A DNA stretch of 64,000 bases, taken from the NCBI GenBank assembly GCA_046563655.1, contig CM102283.1, positions 7,936,001 to 8,000,000 of the forward strand. Reading direction: 5' to 3'. A program made the translations under genes and the position numbers. The notes under the pieces were generated by a model. It worked only from the letters and a program-made list of their open reading frames with translations. It was not told the DNA's origin and did not search any database. Below, one piece after another: positions 35,328 through 48,600 of the stretch (positions are counted from its first letter, which is position 1; every line of letters starts with the position of its first letter). The DNA comes from Yuukianura sp. NJ FZ-2021 (taxonomy: Eukaryota).

Positions 35328-37188
35328 ATGAGGTCCACCACTTTTGTTCCTTTTTTCGTCCTGGTGTCAGCAGGTAAGTTCAATTTTAAAAAAAAAAACT
35401 TGAGTTTTCAAAAAAAAAACATAAATTTGAAAAAAAAAACTTGTTGAAGGAAGTTGAAGGGTTGTTGCTCTTCAACGTTCGCGAAGGGAAAAAACGATTT
35501 TTTTTGCTCTATTTCACTTTGTCTTTAGCAATTTTTGACATTCTTCATTTTTTTTTCAATTTTGTAGGATTTCTAAAATGTGATGAGGATTTAGCAGCCG
35601 ACCAATTGCCAATTTGGGCTCAAGCGTCACGTGGTCCTCCAGGAACAGCGACGAGTCCATCAGGAATTCCAGTCAAGAGTTTAACAGCATCCCAAACGGT
35701 TGGTTCCCACGGTCCAGTACTTCTCCAGGATTCAAACTACATTGAGCACTTAGCAAAATTCGATCGAGAGCGCATTCCTGAGAGAGTTGTGCATGCCAAA
35801 GGGGGCGGAGCCTTTGGAATCTTCGAAGTGACCAATGACATCACGCAATGGACCAAAGCCAAACCATTTGCCTCGATTGGCAAGAAAACGCCAGTGCTCA
35901 TCCGCTTTTCAACAACAATGGGAGAATCTGGCGCCGCGGATACACTTCGGGATGGACGTGGATTCGCCGTTAAGTTCTATACGGAAGATGGCAACTGGGA
36001 CTTGGTTGGAATCAACTTGCCAGTATTTCCAATTCGTGATCCAATACTGTTTCCAAGCTTTATCCGCTCCAGAAAACGTAACCCTGTGACCCATATCGCT
36101 GATCCCATTGCTTACTGGGACTTCGCTTCCCTTCGTCCAGAATCGACGCTTCACACACTTTTGCTATTCAGCGACTTGGGAATTCCGGATGGATTTAGGA
36201 AACAGCATGGATTTGGAGTTCATACGTTCAAGTTTGTCAATGCCGGAGGCGAACCCGTTTATGTCAAGTTCCATCTACAGACGAATCAGGGTCTGGGGGC
36301 CCTTGACCCCAAAACGGCTCAGACACTGGCTGGCTCTGACCCTAGCTATGCTCTCCGTGACCTCTACAATGCAATTGCATCTAAAAATTATCCATCTTGG
36401 ACCGTCGGAGTTCAAATTATGACATTCCGGGAAGCTGAAACTTACAAATGGAATCCATTTGATGTCACCAAATTGTGGCCATTCCGGGATTTTCCGTTCA
36501 TTCCAGTTGGGAAATTGACTCTGAACAGAAATCCTACTGACTACTTTACTCAAATTGAACAAGCAGCATTCAGTCCAAGTCACATGATTCCTGGAATTGA
36601 AGCTTCTCCGGACCGAATGCTCCACGGACGTCTCTTTTCATATCCAGGTTAGCCTAGCATTAGCATAACCTAACATCTAAAACCTAATCTAACGTCTAAA
36701 GCATAACAACGTAACTTTTTGGAAATCTAGATACACAAAGATACCGACTTGGAGTGAACTTTCTGCAACTTCCGGTCAATCGTCCATCTCCCAGTGCTCC
36801 TGTCCATACGTATCAAAAAGATGGTCTGATGTGTTTGGATGACAATGGAGCAGGAGTGCCCAACTACTTTCCAAATTCATTTGGTGGACCAATCGTGGAC
36901 TTCCGGAGAGCAAACGACTCGGTTTTTCTCGTAGCTGCTCGTGATGTAGTGCGAGATGACTTGGGAGATGAAGACAACTATTCACAAGTTGATTGGTACT
37001 GGAAAAATGAAATGGACCAAGGAGCAAGGCAGAGATTTGTGGACAATTTGGCAGCAGATATTGCCAGTATTACGCCTGAGATTCAACAGAGAGTGGTCAC
37101 GAACATGTTTGATCCAGTTAACACGGAAGTTGGAACCATGCTGAGAGCTGCGCTGAGAAAAATTCGAGTGGCGAATTTGAGAACTTAA
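35328..37188 (+). CDS. Cat: Heme catalase B, tandem duplicate with signal peptide; distal Asn replaced by Ile
   Basis: Exons 35328-35373, 35568-36647 and 36731-37188. Near-identical to copy A but reads DLVGIN instead of DLVGNN. Confidence 0.9.
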
Positions 37189-37853
37189 AAATCGATTGTG
37201 GAGATTTTTTTTTACTTGTTCTGTTAGGTCACAGTATAATTTCGAAAAAAAATTTTTTTTTTGCGCGGTTGCTGAAAGTGAGTTTGGAGATGTTTCTCCT
37301 GATTTGGTTATAGACTGATTTAAGACGGATTAATAAACATGCATTGGAATTTAAGTTGATTTAAGTTTTGGTTTTTCGATTTTGATTTGTAAATGTTCAT
37401 ATTTTTTTCCACTCAAAATTTCATGTTTATAAGAGAAAGTACGACGCTTGTTCAAAAGTTGGCGGAAATTTTAAACAGAAAAAGCGGGAAATCGGATGAC
37501 GGGAAGAAAAAGATAAAAAATCAAAATGTAAACAACCAACAAACGAGTTATTTTCGTTTTATTTCTCCTTTTTGAATTGATTGTAATTAAATTAACCAAT
37601 AACCAACTGATTAGTAGTTGTCTTTACTTTGATTTTCAGCGTTAGGGAAAGGGGAACGCCGGTAATAAGGTAATTGAAGAAATCAGAATGATTAAGTCCT
37701 TTAAAAATTCAGAGCATGTATCGTGCGTGGATGTGCGATTGCGATACAGAACTACAGAAGTGTTGGATTTTTTGATCAGTTAAGTTTTGTTTAAGAAATT
37801 TATATGGTTGTCTTTGTTTTAGTGTATTCCTGTAGCCAGAAGAAGAAAACGAA

Positions 37854-40800
37854 ATGAGCACAGAACCTGAGATTCCCGTTTTTGAAGAAGCGGAGATTCC
37901 TGCTGTTTTTGAAGATGAAATTGACGGAATCGGAGAAGTAACGCTGCTGGAAGAATGTATTCCGAAAGGACTTATTGATGGAACGTACTTTTTCAAGAAA
38001 GAACTGGCTTTGTCAGATATAAAGAAAGGTTCAAAAGTAGAATACACTGCTCGCCTATCTGGAGCAGTTCCAGGTCAATGGGAAGTAACATCGATCAAGT
38101 TGTACATCAGTCCGGAGGAACTTGAAAAGGAATACAGGAGGAAATTCATCGGAATCATTGGAAAGGTCATAAGCATTGACGAAACTTGTGCCACAATCAA
38201 GTATGGAAAGAGTATCCATGAAGATGTACAAAAAGTTCCTCGTGCTTGTCTTCCAGAAGATTACAACGTTTGGATAGGTTAGTTTATTTGAATCAGTTGA
38301 GGAATCTCAAGACATTAATCAATGGTTCCATTGTTTAGGAGACTTCGTGAACTTGAAATTGGAGCTGAATGATCCAGACGGTGACGATGATAGTGGAAAG
38401 ATCCATTCTGTGGAGCCAACGAACAGGAAAAAACTAATTGGGCATGTCACCTGCACCAATGGACGATTCTGTATCGATAATTACATTTACTTCGACCAGA
38501 GTGTTTGTGTTAATGGAAGCTACCCCAGAGTACGGGACACGGTGCGGGTTGAGGCAGTTGAATCACAGCAAGGACGTTTCACATGGAGGGCAGTTTCAGT
38601 TCGACCGTCAAGATTTCACGAGTATACTTCCGTCGACGGGTAAAATCAGTTAATTATTTTAGTTGTTGCACATATCAACTTAATAACTGCTTGAAAACAA
38701 ACTATTGCATTTTTTTTCTAACAGAGAGGCAGCATGGTTGAACAATTGTTGCAGTGACTCTCTAAAAGACCTGATGAAGGAAAAAGGTCATGTCAAAATC
38801 GAGCCAAAGTTGGTGTTATTTCCAGACACTCAGATTGGATCTGCCTCAACCGCTGTGCTAGAAATACAGAATAATGGTTTCAATTCTGTCACTGTAGACC
38901 ATGTTAGTGTCAAAGGGGACCAAGCTGTTTGCCGTTTCGAAGTTGCACTTGACCGTGCTGATGGAGATACGAATTCCAGTGTCAAAAACATTGTTATTGG
39001 ACCTCAAATGGCAAAAAAGTTCAAAGTGAGATTTTGATTGACAAAAAGCTTTCATTCAGAATCACTTCTTTTCTGCTAATTTGTTTTACTTTGTACAGGT
39101 AACCTGTTTTCCAGAGATGCTTGGAAGTACACGAGAAATGATTGTGTTCAACTTCGGAAACTTTGATATCGGAAGGCAACTGTCAGTGACAGCTTTGCCA
39201 TCTGATCTGACCATGATGCGTGACTTAACTCTAAAGGACGCTGGACATCAATGGACCAATTCCAGGAATGAATCTGGATATACAAAAATGGTAGAAGATG
39301 CTCATCGTCCGTCTGTTCGAGGATCCCCAGCAATTCGTGCTCCATTTTTCATGCAAAAACGTCTCGAGAACAATCCAGTTCCAAAATACATGTGGAGTAT
39401 TCTGGAGAGTGCTGATGACAAGGAATTGCACCGAAGACACCCTGGAGCTCACGAAGATTTGAGAATTCAAAACTATTTGGTAACTTCCCATTCGAAATTC
39501 CAAAATACAAACTCAAGACAGTTGTTTTTATTTAGTTTTTGACTTTAGGATAAGTTCAGAACAGCTTTGTGGTTGGAGGAAATGGAGAATCATGTTCTGC
39601 GGAGGCAGTATGACATGGAAAATGTTGTGATGCGACATTCTGGGGAATTTTTGGCATTTGAAGTTCCTGGACTGAAAGACATCAATCCTCCAATTCTCAT
39701 GGGAGACCCAATATCAGCTGTTGCGACTACGGAAACTACTGACGATGCTGATCCAATAGGTACTGTTGAATTTTTAGTGACTTCAATTTCAATGGTGATC
39801 ATTTGACCAGCATCTGATTAATGTTATCAGGATCTAACTGTGTTGTTGTTTCTAGAAACTAGATATGAAGGCTACATTGGTGACATACGAGGTGACGATG
39901 TCTTTGTCAAGTTTGATGAACACTATAAAAACAACTACTGCAAAAATCGTGTGACGATTCAATTTTGTCTGGGCCGTACCACTTACAAACGATGTCACTT
40001 TGCAATTGAGCAGGCCGTTCGACATCTGGGTGAAGATTGGTTATTTCCAAGTGAAACCGTTGCTTGCAAGCTGCAAAGAATTCCGTTTATTGAGGTGGAT
40101 GATGAAGACACCCAGAATGGCAGTTTGGCCAGTGGCTCTTCTTCCGGTCAATCGGTAGGTTTTGACGTTTAGGAGCAAAAGAACTAACCAATTTGTGGAA
40201 AACCTAAAACACTTTGTGGTTTTGTATTTTTTTAGAAGGCGACAACTAATGGAAAGCACAAGTCTTTGAATAAGCAATCCTCAGATAATGCTGGACGAGT
40301 TACAGCGCAAAGTTCAAAGGCATTTCAACCTTCCGGAAAATCTTTGAACAGAAGAGCTCCAAGCTTGAGATGTCCATTTCAAAGTGATACGAAAGGACCA
40401 ACTGGGGAAGCGCTCAAGCTGACTTGGTTCAACAAGTCGCTGAATCAGGAACAAAAAGATGCTGTACGCAGAATCCTTCGTGGACAAAGTCGCCCACTGC
40501 CTTATGTAAGTTTTTCATTCATAAACGCGGGTAAATAGATTTTTTTTAGAATTAACATTACTACTTCTATGCATTTTTTACAGATCGTTTATGGACCGCC
40601 AGGTAAAGTCACAAGAAGCAACAAAGTTGCCTAAAAAAGCAATTATTTTCAAAAACAATTTTTTTTTGCAGGTACAGGCAAAACTGTGACGATCGTTGAA
40701 GCCATCATTCAAGTGAACAAGCTGGATAAGAATTCAAGGTAACAAGTACTAAAGCATGCTGATAGCATTGTTTTCAACTAATCAATCAATCTACTAATTT

Positions 40801-42178
40801 TGCCAATTACTTTCAGGATTCTGGTCGTGACGCCTTCCAACTCTGCTGCGGACGTGATAGCAACTGGGTTGGTTTCTTCGGGTCAATTTGTCACTGGAGA
40901 TTTCGTTCGGCTAGTCGGATTTCTTCGATCGGAAGCTCAAATTCCTGAGATCATCAGAGATTTTTGTAAAGACGGAGAGTTTTTGGATGCAGTAGCTCGG
41001 CATCGCCTTATCGTCTGTACTTGTACAACTGCTGGACAGTTTTTTCAACTTGGACTGGACACCGGACACTTTACTCATGTCTTCATTGACGAAGCGGGAT
41101 ATTGTACTGAACCAGAAGCACTCATTGGAGCTTCACTTGTGGCTTTAGATAAGAGTGGACAGGTTAGTTAGCTAAGGTATCAATAATATGTTGCACAAAC
41201 TGTATAATGATAAAAGCTTTCGGTTTTGTAGGTGATTTTGGCGGGAGATCCGAAACAGTTGGGCCCTGTGCTTATGAGCGATGCTGCTGGAAAGTGTGGC
41301 CTAGCAATCTCACTTCTGGAGCGACTGATGACTCTTCCACTTTACTCGCGCAATGAAGTTGCATTTCCTAAAGACAAGTACAATCCACTGTTGCTCACGA
41401 AGCTTGTGAAGAATTACCGAGCTCATCCGACTCTACTCAAATTACCGTCCAAGTTATTCTACGACGATGAATTAGAAGCTGCAGCTCCAGAAGACTTGAT
41501 TAACCTGAGTGAGTCAATTGACTTGTTGAAGGTGCGTGGAACTCCGCTTCTGTTTCACGGAATTCAGGGAGTACAGGCGAGGGACGGAAACTCACCAAGT
41601 TGGTACAATACAGCTGAAGTCATCCAAGTAGTAGACTACGTCAGAGTGTTCAGGAAGCATGGTGTTCCCAGTGGAAATATTGGGATCATCACTCCTTATC
41701 GGAAACAGGTTAGCTAGTATACCAGCCAGCAGTGTGCTGCCAGTATATCTGAAGTGTTTTGTCTCCGTTTTCAACTCTCTGTTTTGTTTTCTAGGTTGAA
41801 AAGTTGAGAACCACACTTGAGCTGGGCCTGTTGACCGATGACATCCCGAAAGTCGGATCTGTTGAGGAATTTCAAGGTGGCGAGCGGGAAGTTATGATCA
41901 TGTCACTAGTCCGATCCGCTACGGAGAAACAAGCTGAAAAGGTCGTGGATCGAATGGCGTTTGTCTTTTCTCCGAAGCGGTTCAACGTGGCTGTTACCCG
42001 TGCGAAAGCTGTCCTTATCGTACTTGGCAACCCACATGTTTTGGTCCATGATCCCATTTGGTCAACGTTTCTCAAATACTGTGTCGAACTGGGATGTTAT
42101 ACTGGCTGCAACTTACCAGCGGCTGTACACCAAGAGAGTCGTCAAAATACTGCCGTTCTTGATGAGAATTGGTGCTAA
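37854..42178 (+). CDS. armi: MOV10L1/Armitage-like SF1 (UPF1-family) RNA helicase
   Basis: Multi-exon gene. N-terminal OB-fold-like repeats (IDNYIYF, VEAVESQQGRFTWRAV) are typical of MOV10L1. Helicase motifs: LNQEQKDAV, Walker A GPPG|TGKT split by an intron, FIDEAG, LAGDPKQLGP, NYRAH, GIITPYRKQ, VEEFQGGER and RFNVAVTRAK. Confidence 0.88.
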
Positions 42179-42972
42179 ATAGTGGCGCTGAACTATTTCG
42201 TACTAAGTAACTGACTGATTGGCATAATGTCAGCTAACTTAACTTTAACTGGGCTAACTTAAGTTATATTTTTTGACGTACTTTACTGTTTACTGAACTT
42301 CTTATTTCTTGTAATACTGGCCAGTTTTTCCAAAGTATTTTTGTTATTTAATGAACTTACATTGTATTATTATTAATTACTTATTGCAGTTAGTATTTAG
42401 AAATTGATTGACGCTGATCCAGTTGTGTTGTGATGTTTGGACATTGTTGTTCAAACAGGCTATTGTACGGACAATAAATTTAGGACAATAGGACAGTGTC
42501 CAGAACATGAGTGAGACAGGGGTCATTGGCCATTAGGAGAGCTATGCATTCTTTGTCTAGCTCCTCCCTTACTTCCCTCATCTCGTCACTTGTACTCTTC
42601 TGGAAGTCAGTGACCGAAGGGTCGTTGACCCTCAAAGGGAGACAAAAGAAATATCCGAAGATCCGAAAAAGCAGACAGTGTCGTCCAGCTCTTCGTCCAC
42701 GTCACACCTCCAGATTTGCTACTTCAGATACTTCAGAAAAACTGCAGGTACGTTACTCATTCTTAATTAATTCAGATTTAGTTTAAATTAATTCAAAAGT
42801 ATCGTTGTTAAAAGAAGGATGTGCCGGCTTACCAGTTAATTCAGTGTAAAGTCAAATTAAAGCTAAACTACTCGAATGTAACTTAAAGTCGAGATGTCAC
42901 ATTTTGCTGTTTTTGAAACATGTTTCGATAAATTATGAACATCAATTAAGTTATGTACGCTCTGTTTCAGGT

Positions 42973-44770
42973 ATGGAACATCCAGAAGCACTGATTGATT
43001 CTCTCCGTATCTCAACTCCCCCGCAGTCTCCGCCGCTTCCGGAAGTACCGATATGTCGTAGGCTATGGTCCGACGCAGCTTCTAACTACGGTGATGAAGA
43101 ACAAGGAGTTTGCGACTCTACGGTACATTCAACGACAGAACCCACCGTTGATCCACTGCCACCTCCACAGATGCCACCGCCATACTCACCGTTGCCAGAG
43201 TCAGCAGACTACAGCCTCTTCCATCTTTTTGGCTTGGCAGCTCCTCCTACCATGCAAATGCCCTACTACGAGAACGACTATGGCTTTGTTACTCCAACGT
43301 ATCCACCGCCATCATACGCTGAAACTCTGTTCGGACCAGTGTCAGAGTTGGACGAAGCTTTTGTACTTCAGCAATCAGGTTACTATCCATCACCTTCGTT
43401 GACCCAATTTCAGCAGCCTATGGCATGCCAGTCGTTTGGATTTCCGATATTGGAGTCTTCACAACTTTCGAACTACGGTAATCCTTATACCAGTATGCTG
43501 CCACTTACGATTCCAATGATGCTGCCGCAAGTACCGCGGTTTGAAGATATTTACCAGCAGTTGCCTCTGCACCATCTAGTCGTCCACCCTCAACAACCTC
43601 AACCTGTACAAGTACAACCAAGTCTTTCTGAGTACTTCAGGATGAACAACTTGCCTCAGGCGCAGAACTTGGCTCAAACGGTGGCGCCACCTATGCCGAC
43701 CACTCCTCTGGCTCAAATAAGATCTTCTCGTCCATTGAACCCCTACTCTGTGCCGTTCATTCCGAAGAATGTACCTGCACCTTCATGGGCTGTCAATGTC
43801 GCCAACACAGCTCCAGTTACTAATTCGAGTCGTCAACAATCAATCTTGGGAGCTGCTCCGGTTCATTACCGCTTGGACCCACCTCCACAGGCACCGCAGC
43901 CTCCACCATCAATCGTACCGGAAGCCAATCAGCTCCCTTACATTTCCAACATGTGGAATCCCGCTGTCATGCTGGCTATGAAACCAATTCCTGATTTTGC
44001 TTACTACGTTCCACCTCGTGTTGACGACAACGATTACTTTGGGTAATTTAACAATTTCTATAAGTATTAATCATAGCAAATGCAGCTTTTAACGTTGCCT
44101 TTGTTGTTGTAGGGGCCAAATTCGTGTGTGGCAGGAAAAGATGATTCCGACGTTCCAGTCGTTTCTTCCGGACGTTTGGACTCTGCAAGGACTGCCTCAG
44201 TTCCAAACTGAAGTCGAGCAGAATTGGTACTTCTTTACCATCACTTGCAAGTTACGGTTTTGTTGTCGCAAATGCCGTCGTCCTTGGACCTCAATGCGTG
44301 GGAAAATCCATTTTGCTTTCAAGTTGGAGCGATCCATGATGACGGCGAAGGGGACCGTCCTCATGAAGATTTTTGGTCAGGTTTGCAACCAGGAACGATG
44401 CACTGACAAAAGCTTCCAGACTCCAGCCTGTTATCCAGAAGAGATTCATCGGGTATGAGAAATTCTTTGAACATTTCTGTCTGTAACATTTGTAGAATTG
44501 CGCTGACATTTTCGTTGCATAGGTTCTGATCAAGTTATCGGAGTACATTGGTTACACTCACTACTTCATGTCACTGTCAGCCATGTTCTTTGCCGAACCC
44601 GACAAAGCTGTCCGTGAAGGAAATCCAAGGTAATTTTTGACATTTTGAAATTGTGACAAAAAAAAAACGAGTTCAGTATTTCTAAAATGTCTGACTTTTT
44701 ATTCAGGTCACCTCACCGACCAGCCTTGTGTCAAGCATGTCAGCAAGGAATTTGCTCCAGGAGATCCTGA
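42973..44770 (+). CDS. Pro/Gln-rich protein with PAM2-like motif and C-terminal zf-3CxxC (RTP/ZAR1-type) domain
   Basis: Exons 42973-44042, 44113-44452, 44524-44629 and 44707-44770 join in frame. FCCRKCRRPWTS, GQVCNQERC and PHRPALCQACQQGIC match the 3CxxC pattern; LNPYSVPFIP matches PAM2. Confidence 0.78.
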
Positions 44771-45626
44771 ACGTCCGTTAAAATGCCCAACAAGATTCTA
44801 TTTTCCGTCATTTTTTATGCCCGGTAGTTCAGAAGCTTATCAATTAATTTGTTTATCGTTTTCCAAACGTTTGTCCAGAATATTTATTTCCATGTTCCTT
44901 ACCTAAGTCAGTTAGTACCGGTGTATCTTTATATTGTTCAACCAAGTATCCCATTGTTTCAGAGTATTAATAAATTATGAATTAAGAAACTATTATTAAT
45001 TTAATTAACTAAAATTAATTTTTAGAAACTCAGTCGGACGGAACTTACTGTTTCGGTTTCAAGAACATCTCGCAGTGGAAGTGGGAGTTACCGTGTGTGC
45101 CAAATTCCCATGTTTGAAACCTTGTGTTACGTCATATGGCCTCATAAACAAGGTTGGTTGACAAAAGAATACTTTCCATTTGAAAGTCAGACTGACTTGA
45201 CAAGTCAAGTCCAGTGCCACAAGTGACTAATTAACGGTATCAGTTCATTGGCCTCATTCTACTATTGACAAACTACAGGGTAAGGAATTATCACGCGAAA
45301 AGTAACTATAGCATGCGAAAATTAACCATATGATACGCCTCTTCGGAAATCCAAGTTAACGATAACTCCTTAACTACGTTTTAATTATAATTGGGTTCAA
45401 TCCACTGAAATAGCTGGACAGGAAAAGAACCTGTTCCAAATCCAGTATCAGCCCTAAGGCATAAATATTACCCAGTATCTTTGCTTAAAAAGTAGGTCAC
45501 TTGTTAATTTCCATGTGTTTTTTGGTCTGCAGACTACTGGATACTTGACAGCATAACGCTTATAAGGACACTGGACATCAAACTCTTCGTCGAAGCAATA
45601 AGACTACGTCGTTGTAATTGTTCAAG

Positions 45627-48600
45627 ATGCATCCAACTGTAAGCCCAGGGGATGTGAAATTTGCAGATATCGAATCTCAGTCTCTAATCAAAAACGAAAT
45701 ACCTCCGATGGAAGAAGATGTCAACTGCAATGATCAGAAAGTACTGGCAAGGGCCATGAAGTTTGTCTCCTCAGCAGACTCAGGGTCAAAGTTGACCACT
45801 GCAACTGACAATCAATTTGGCTCAGTTCCAGCTTTCGGTTGGTCGCTCAAAATGTCCAACGTGTTTCCCGAGAAATGGGATCACAATATTCGGCCTCGCC
45901 TGTCCCAGATCCCAGATTTACTGCCAATGGCCGTGAGATACTTGATCTGGAGAACCTGCATTTGGTTCAAAGGAAGAGAGCCTTTCATCGATATGTTCAC
46001 GAGAGAAGGAAAACGGATTTATGGTATAATTCATAACAAGTAATAAGCCTCATCAGATTAATGGATTGGTAAAAAAACGTCTATTTGCAGGAGTTCCAAT
46101 TGGTGGAATCGGTTCTGGATCGATTGGGCGCGGATTCAAGGGAGAGTTTTGTCGATTCCAAATGACTCCTGGTCTTTATACATACGATATCGTTCATGCC
46201 AATCAGTTCATCGTTTCTGTTCGTGACGAAGCAGGGAATCGCTTATATCAAAAGGTGCTTACTGGTGCTGGTGATCCAGGAACATTATCCAGTTGGGACT
46301 GGACTTTTGATCCAGATAATGGCGAGTACTTGGGTTTATATCCAAGAGCAGTCTACACTTACACGATACCAGAAGAGAACCTGATCTTAAAATGTAAACA
46401 GATTTCGCCTGTGATTCCGCATAATTATAAGGTAAATTAACTTTGTTTCTGCATGATTTGATCTTAATTGGCTGCTCAAATTGAAGTACTGTATCTAATT
46501 ATCATTTTTAACAGGATTCCTGCCTGCCTGTCGCTACTTTTGTCTGGTCCGTTGAAAATCATGGAACTGCGGCCAAGGACGTGTCCATAACGTTTACTTT
46601 CAAGAACGGAACAGGGAGTAAGAAAGATGGATGCAAAACGTCATCGTCATGTTCATTCCAGGTACCAAATCATGGAGTTCCCATTCACGGAGTAGCATTG
46701 GAACACGACATTGAAGGAATCCAAACCACTTACGGATTAGGATGTATGGAGCAGGTTAGTTTGATGTTACGGTATTAGCAATTATCAATTAGCTTAGATT
46801 TAGATTAGGGGATGACTGGTTTTGATATTTTTACAGCCTGGATTGAGTATCACGCACATGACTCAATTCGATCTCAAAAATGGATCTGATATTTGGGCAA
46901 AGTTGTGTAAAACCGGGAGATTGGATACGGAAAGTTGCTGTTACAAAATCACCAAAGGAGAAGTTGGAATCGCAGTAAATTCGGCTGGACTCGTACAGCC
47001 GAACTCTAGTCTCCAAATGACGTTTGCTCTAGTCTGGGATCAGCCGGAAGTTACCTTCAAAGGGAAGAAACATTCTTTCAAACGGTAATTGAACAATATG
47101 AACTTCCTGGAAGTATGTACTGCAAGTATAAGTATGTACTGGCAGTATAGTAAGAATGTACTTTTCCATTGCAGACGCTACACACGCTACATTTCTCGCA
47201 ACATTGAACAAAAAGGAGAAAAGAGCACCACGGTCGCCGTCCAGAATCTAATTGGTTACACTTTATCTCATTTTCAAGAATGGGATGCAGCAATTGACGC
47301 TTGGCAGAATCCCATTCTCAATGACAGGTTAGGCTATACTTTTCTTCGAACATTGGTGATAGTGACATTGACATTGTCCATGAATTAACAATCTGTTATT
47401 GTTTGCAGTGAATTGCCCGATTGGTTTAAAAGTGCTCTTTTCAATGAGTTGTACTTTGTGTCTGATGGTGGCTCAATTTGGTTCGAGTATGAACAAATCC
47501 TCAATGGAAAAGAAGATGATGATGATTGCGGAGACAAAATTGGAGCCCCACGTAAATATTTAGTTGAAGATCTTCGGACTGAGTATGGTCGATTTGGGTA
47601 CTTGGAAGGACATGAATATCGAATGTACAACACATATGATGTCCACTTCTACTCCTCGTTTGCTCTGACCTTGCTTTGGCCTAACTTACAACTCAGCCTC
47701 AACTATGATTTTGCTGAGACAATTCCTTACGAAGATCTTTGTATCAGAACTCATCTGTTTGATGGACGTCGAGCTCCGCGGAAGGTTTGTGTCATCAATC
47801 ATGACATTATTGACGTTAATTGCGATTGATTGATTCTAACTGTGATTAATCGTTGTTTAGGTGAAGGACACTGTACCGCATGATGTTGGAGATCCATGGG
47901 AAGAGCCTTATTTCAAAATCAATGCTTACCTTGTCCATGATGTGTCGGAATGGTAAAATTATAACAAGTTTAACATGCGATCGATACCAATTAGCAATCA
48001 AGTGGGTCTGTTTAATGTAATACACTATGACTTTTATCGAAGGCGTGATCTGAACCTGAAGTTTGTGCTACAAGTATTTCGTGATTTCAAGATGATGGGA
48101 GACAAGCACTACTTGAAGACGTTGCTGCCGTTGTGCGTGATTGTAATGAAGGTACAGCCGAATTAAAGTTTTAAAATTAGGTTTAAATTTTTCATTAATT
48201 GAAACTTTGGTCTGCAGACATCCTTGACGTGGGACAAGGACAACGATGGACTAATTGAAAATCAAGGGAAACCGGATCAGACTTACGACAGTTGGATCAT
48301 GACAGGCCCTTCAGCTTACTGCGGAAGCTTGTGGTTGGCAAGTCTCTTTGCCATTATACAACTACTGAAGGAACCTGATCACGGCTACTCCGAAGAGGAA
48401 ACCACTTCGGCCTTGAAACTGTTTGAAGAAACTTTGGAGAAAGGGAAAGTGTCGTTTGAACAAAAGTTGTGGACAGGAAGTTACTACAAGTTCGACACGG
48501 GGTCTCCCGATAACTATTCAGAAACTATCATGGCTGACCAACTCTGTGGTCACTGGTTCCTGTCTCAATGTGGAGTGGATGACAGCAGTATTTTTCCACC

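Noticed and set aside
35441-35567. Long hydrophobic N-terminus of the 403-aa catalase ORF
   Set aside because: This is T-rich intron 1 read in frame. The true leader is exon 35328-35373, which matches copy A.
33153-37188. Catalases as bacterial contamination or very recent HGT because of their long exons
   Set aside because: Both have spliceosomal GT-AG introns and an animal-type N-terminus (D.A.DQ), and are contiguous with host genes. An older HGT origin cannot be excluded without a phylogeny.
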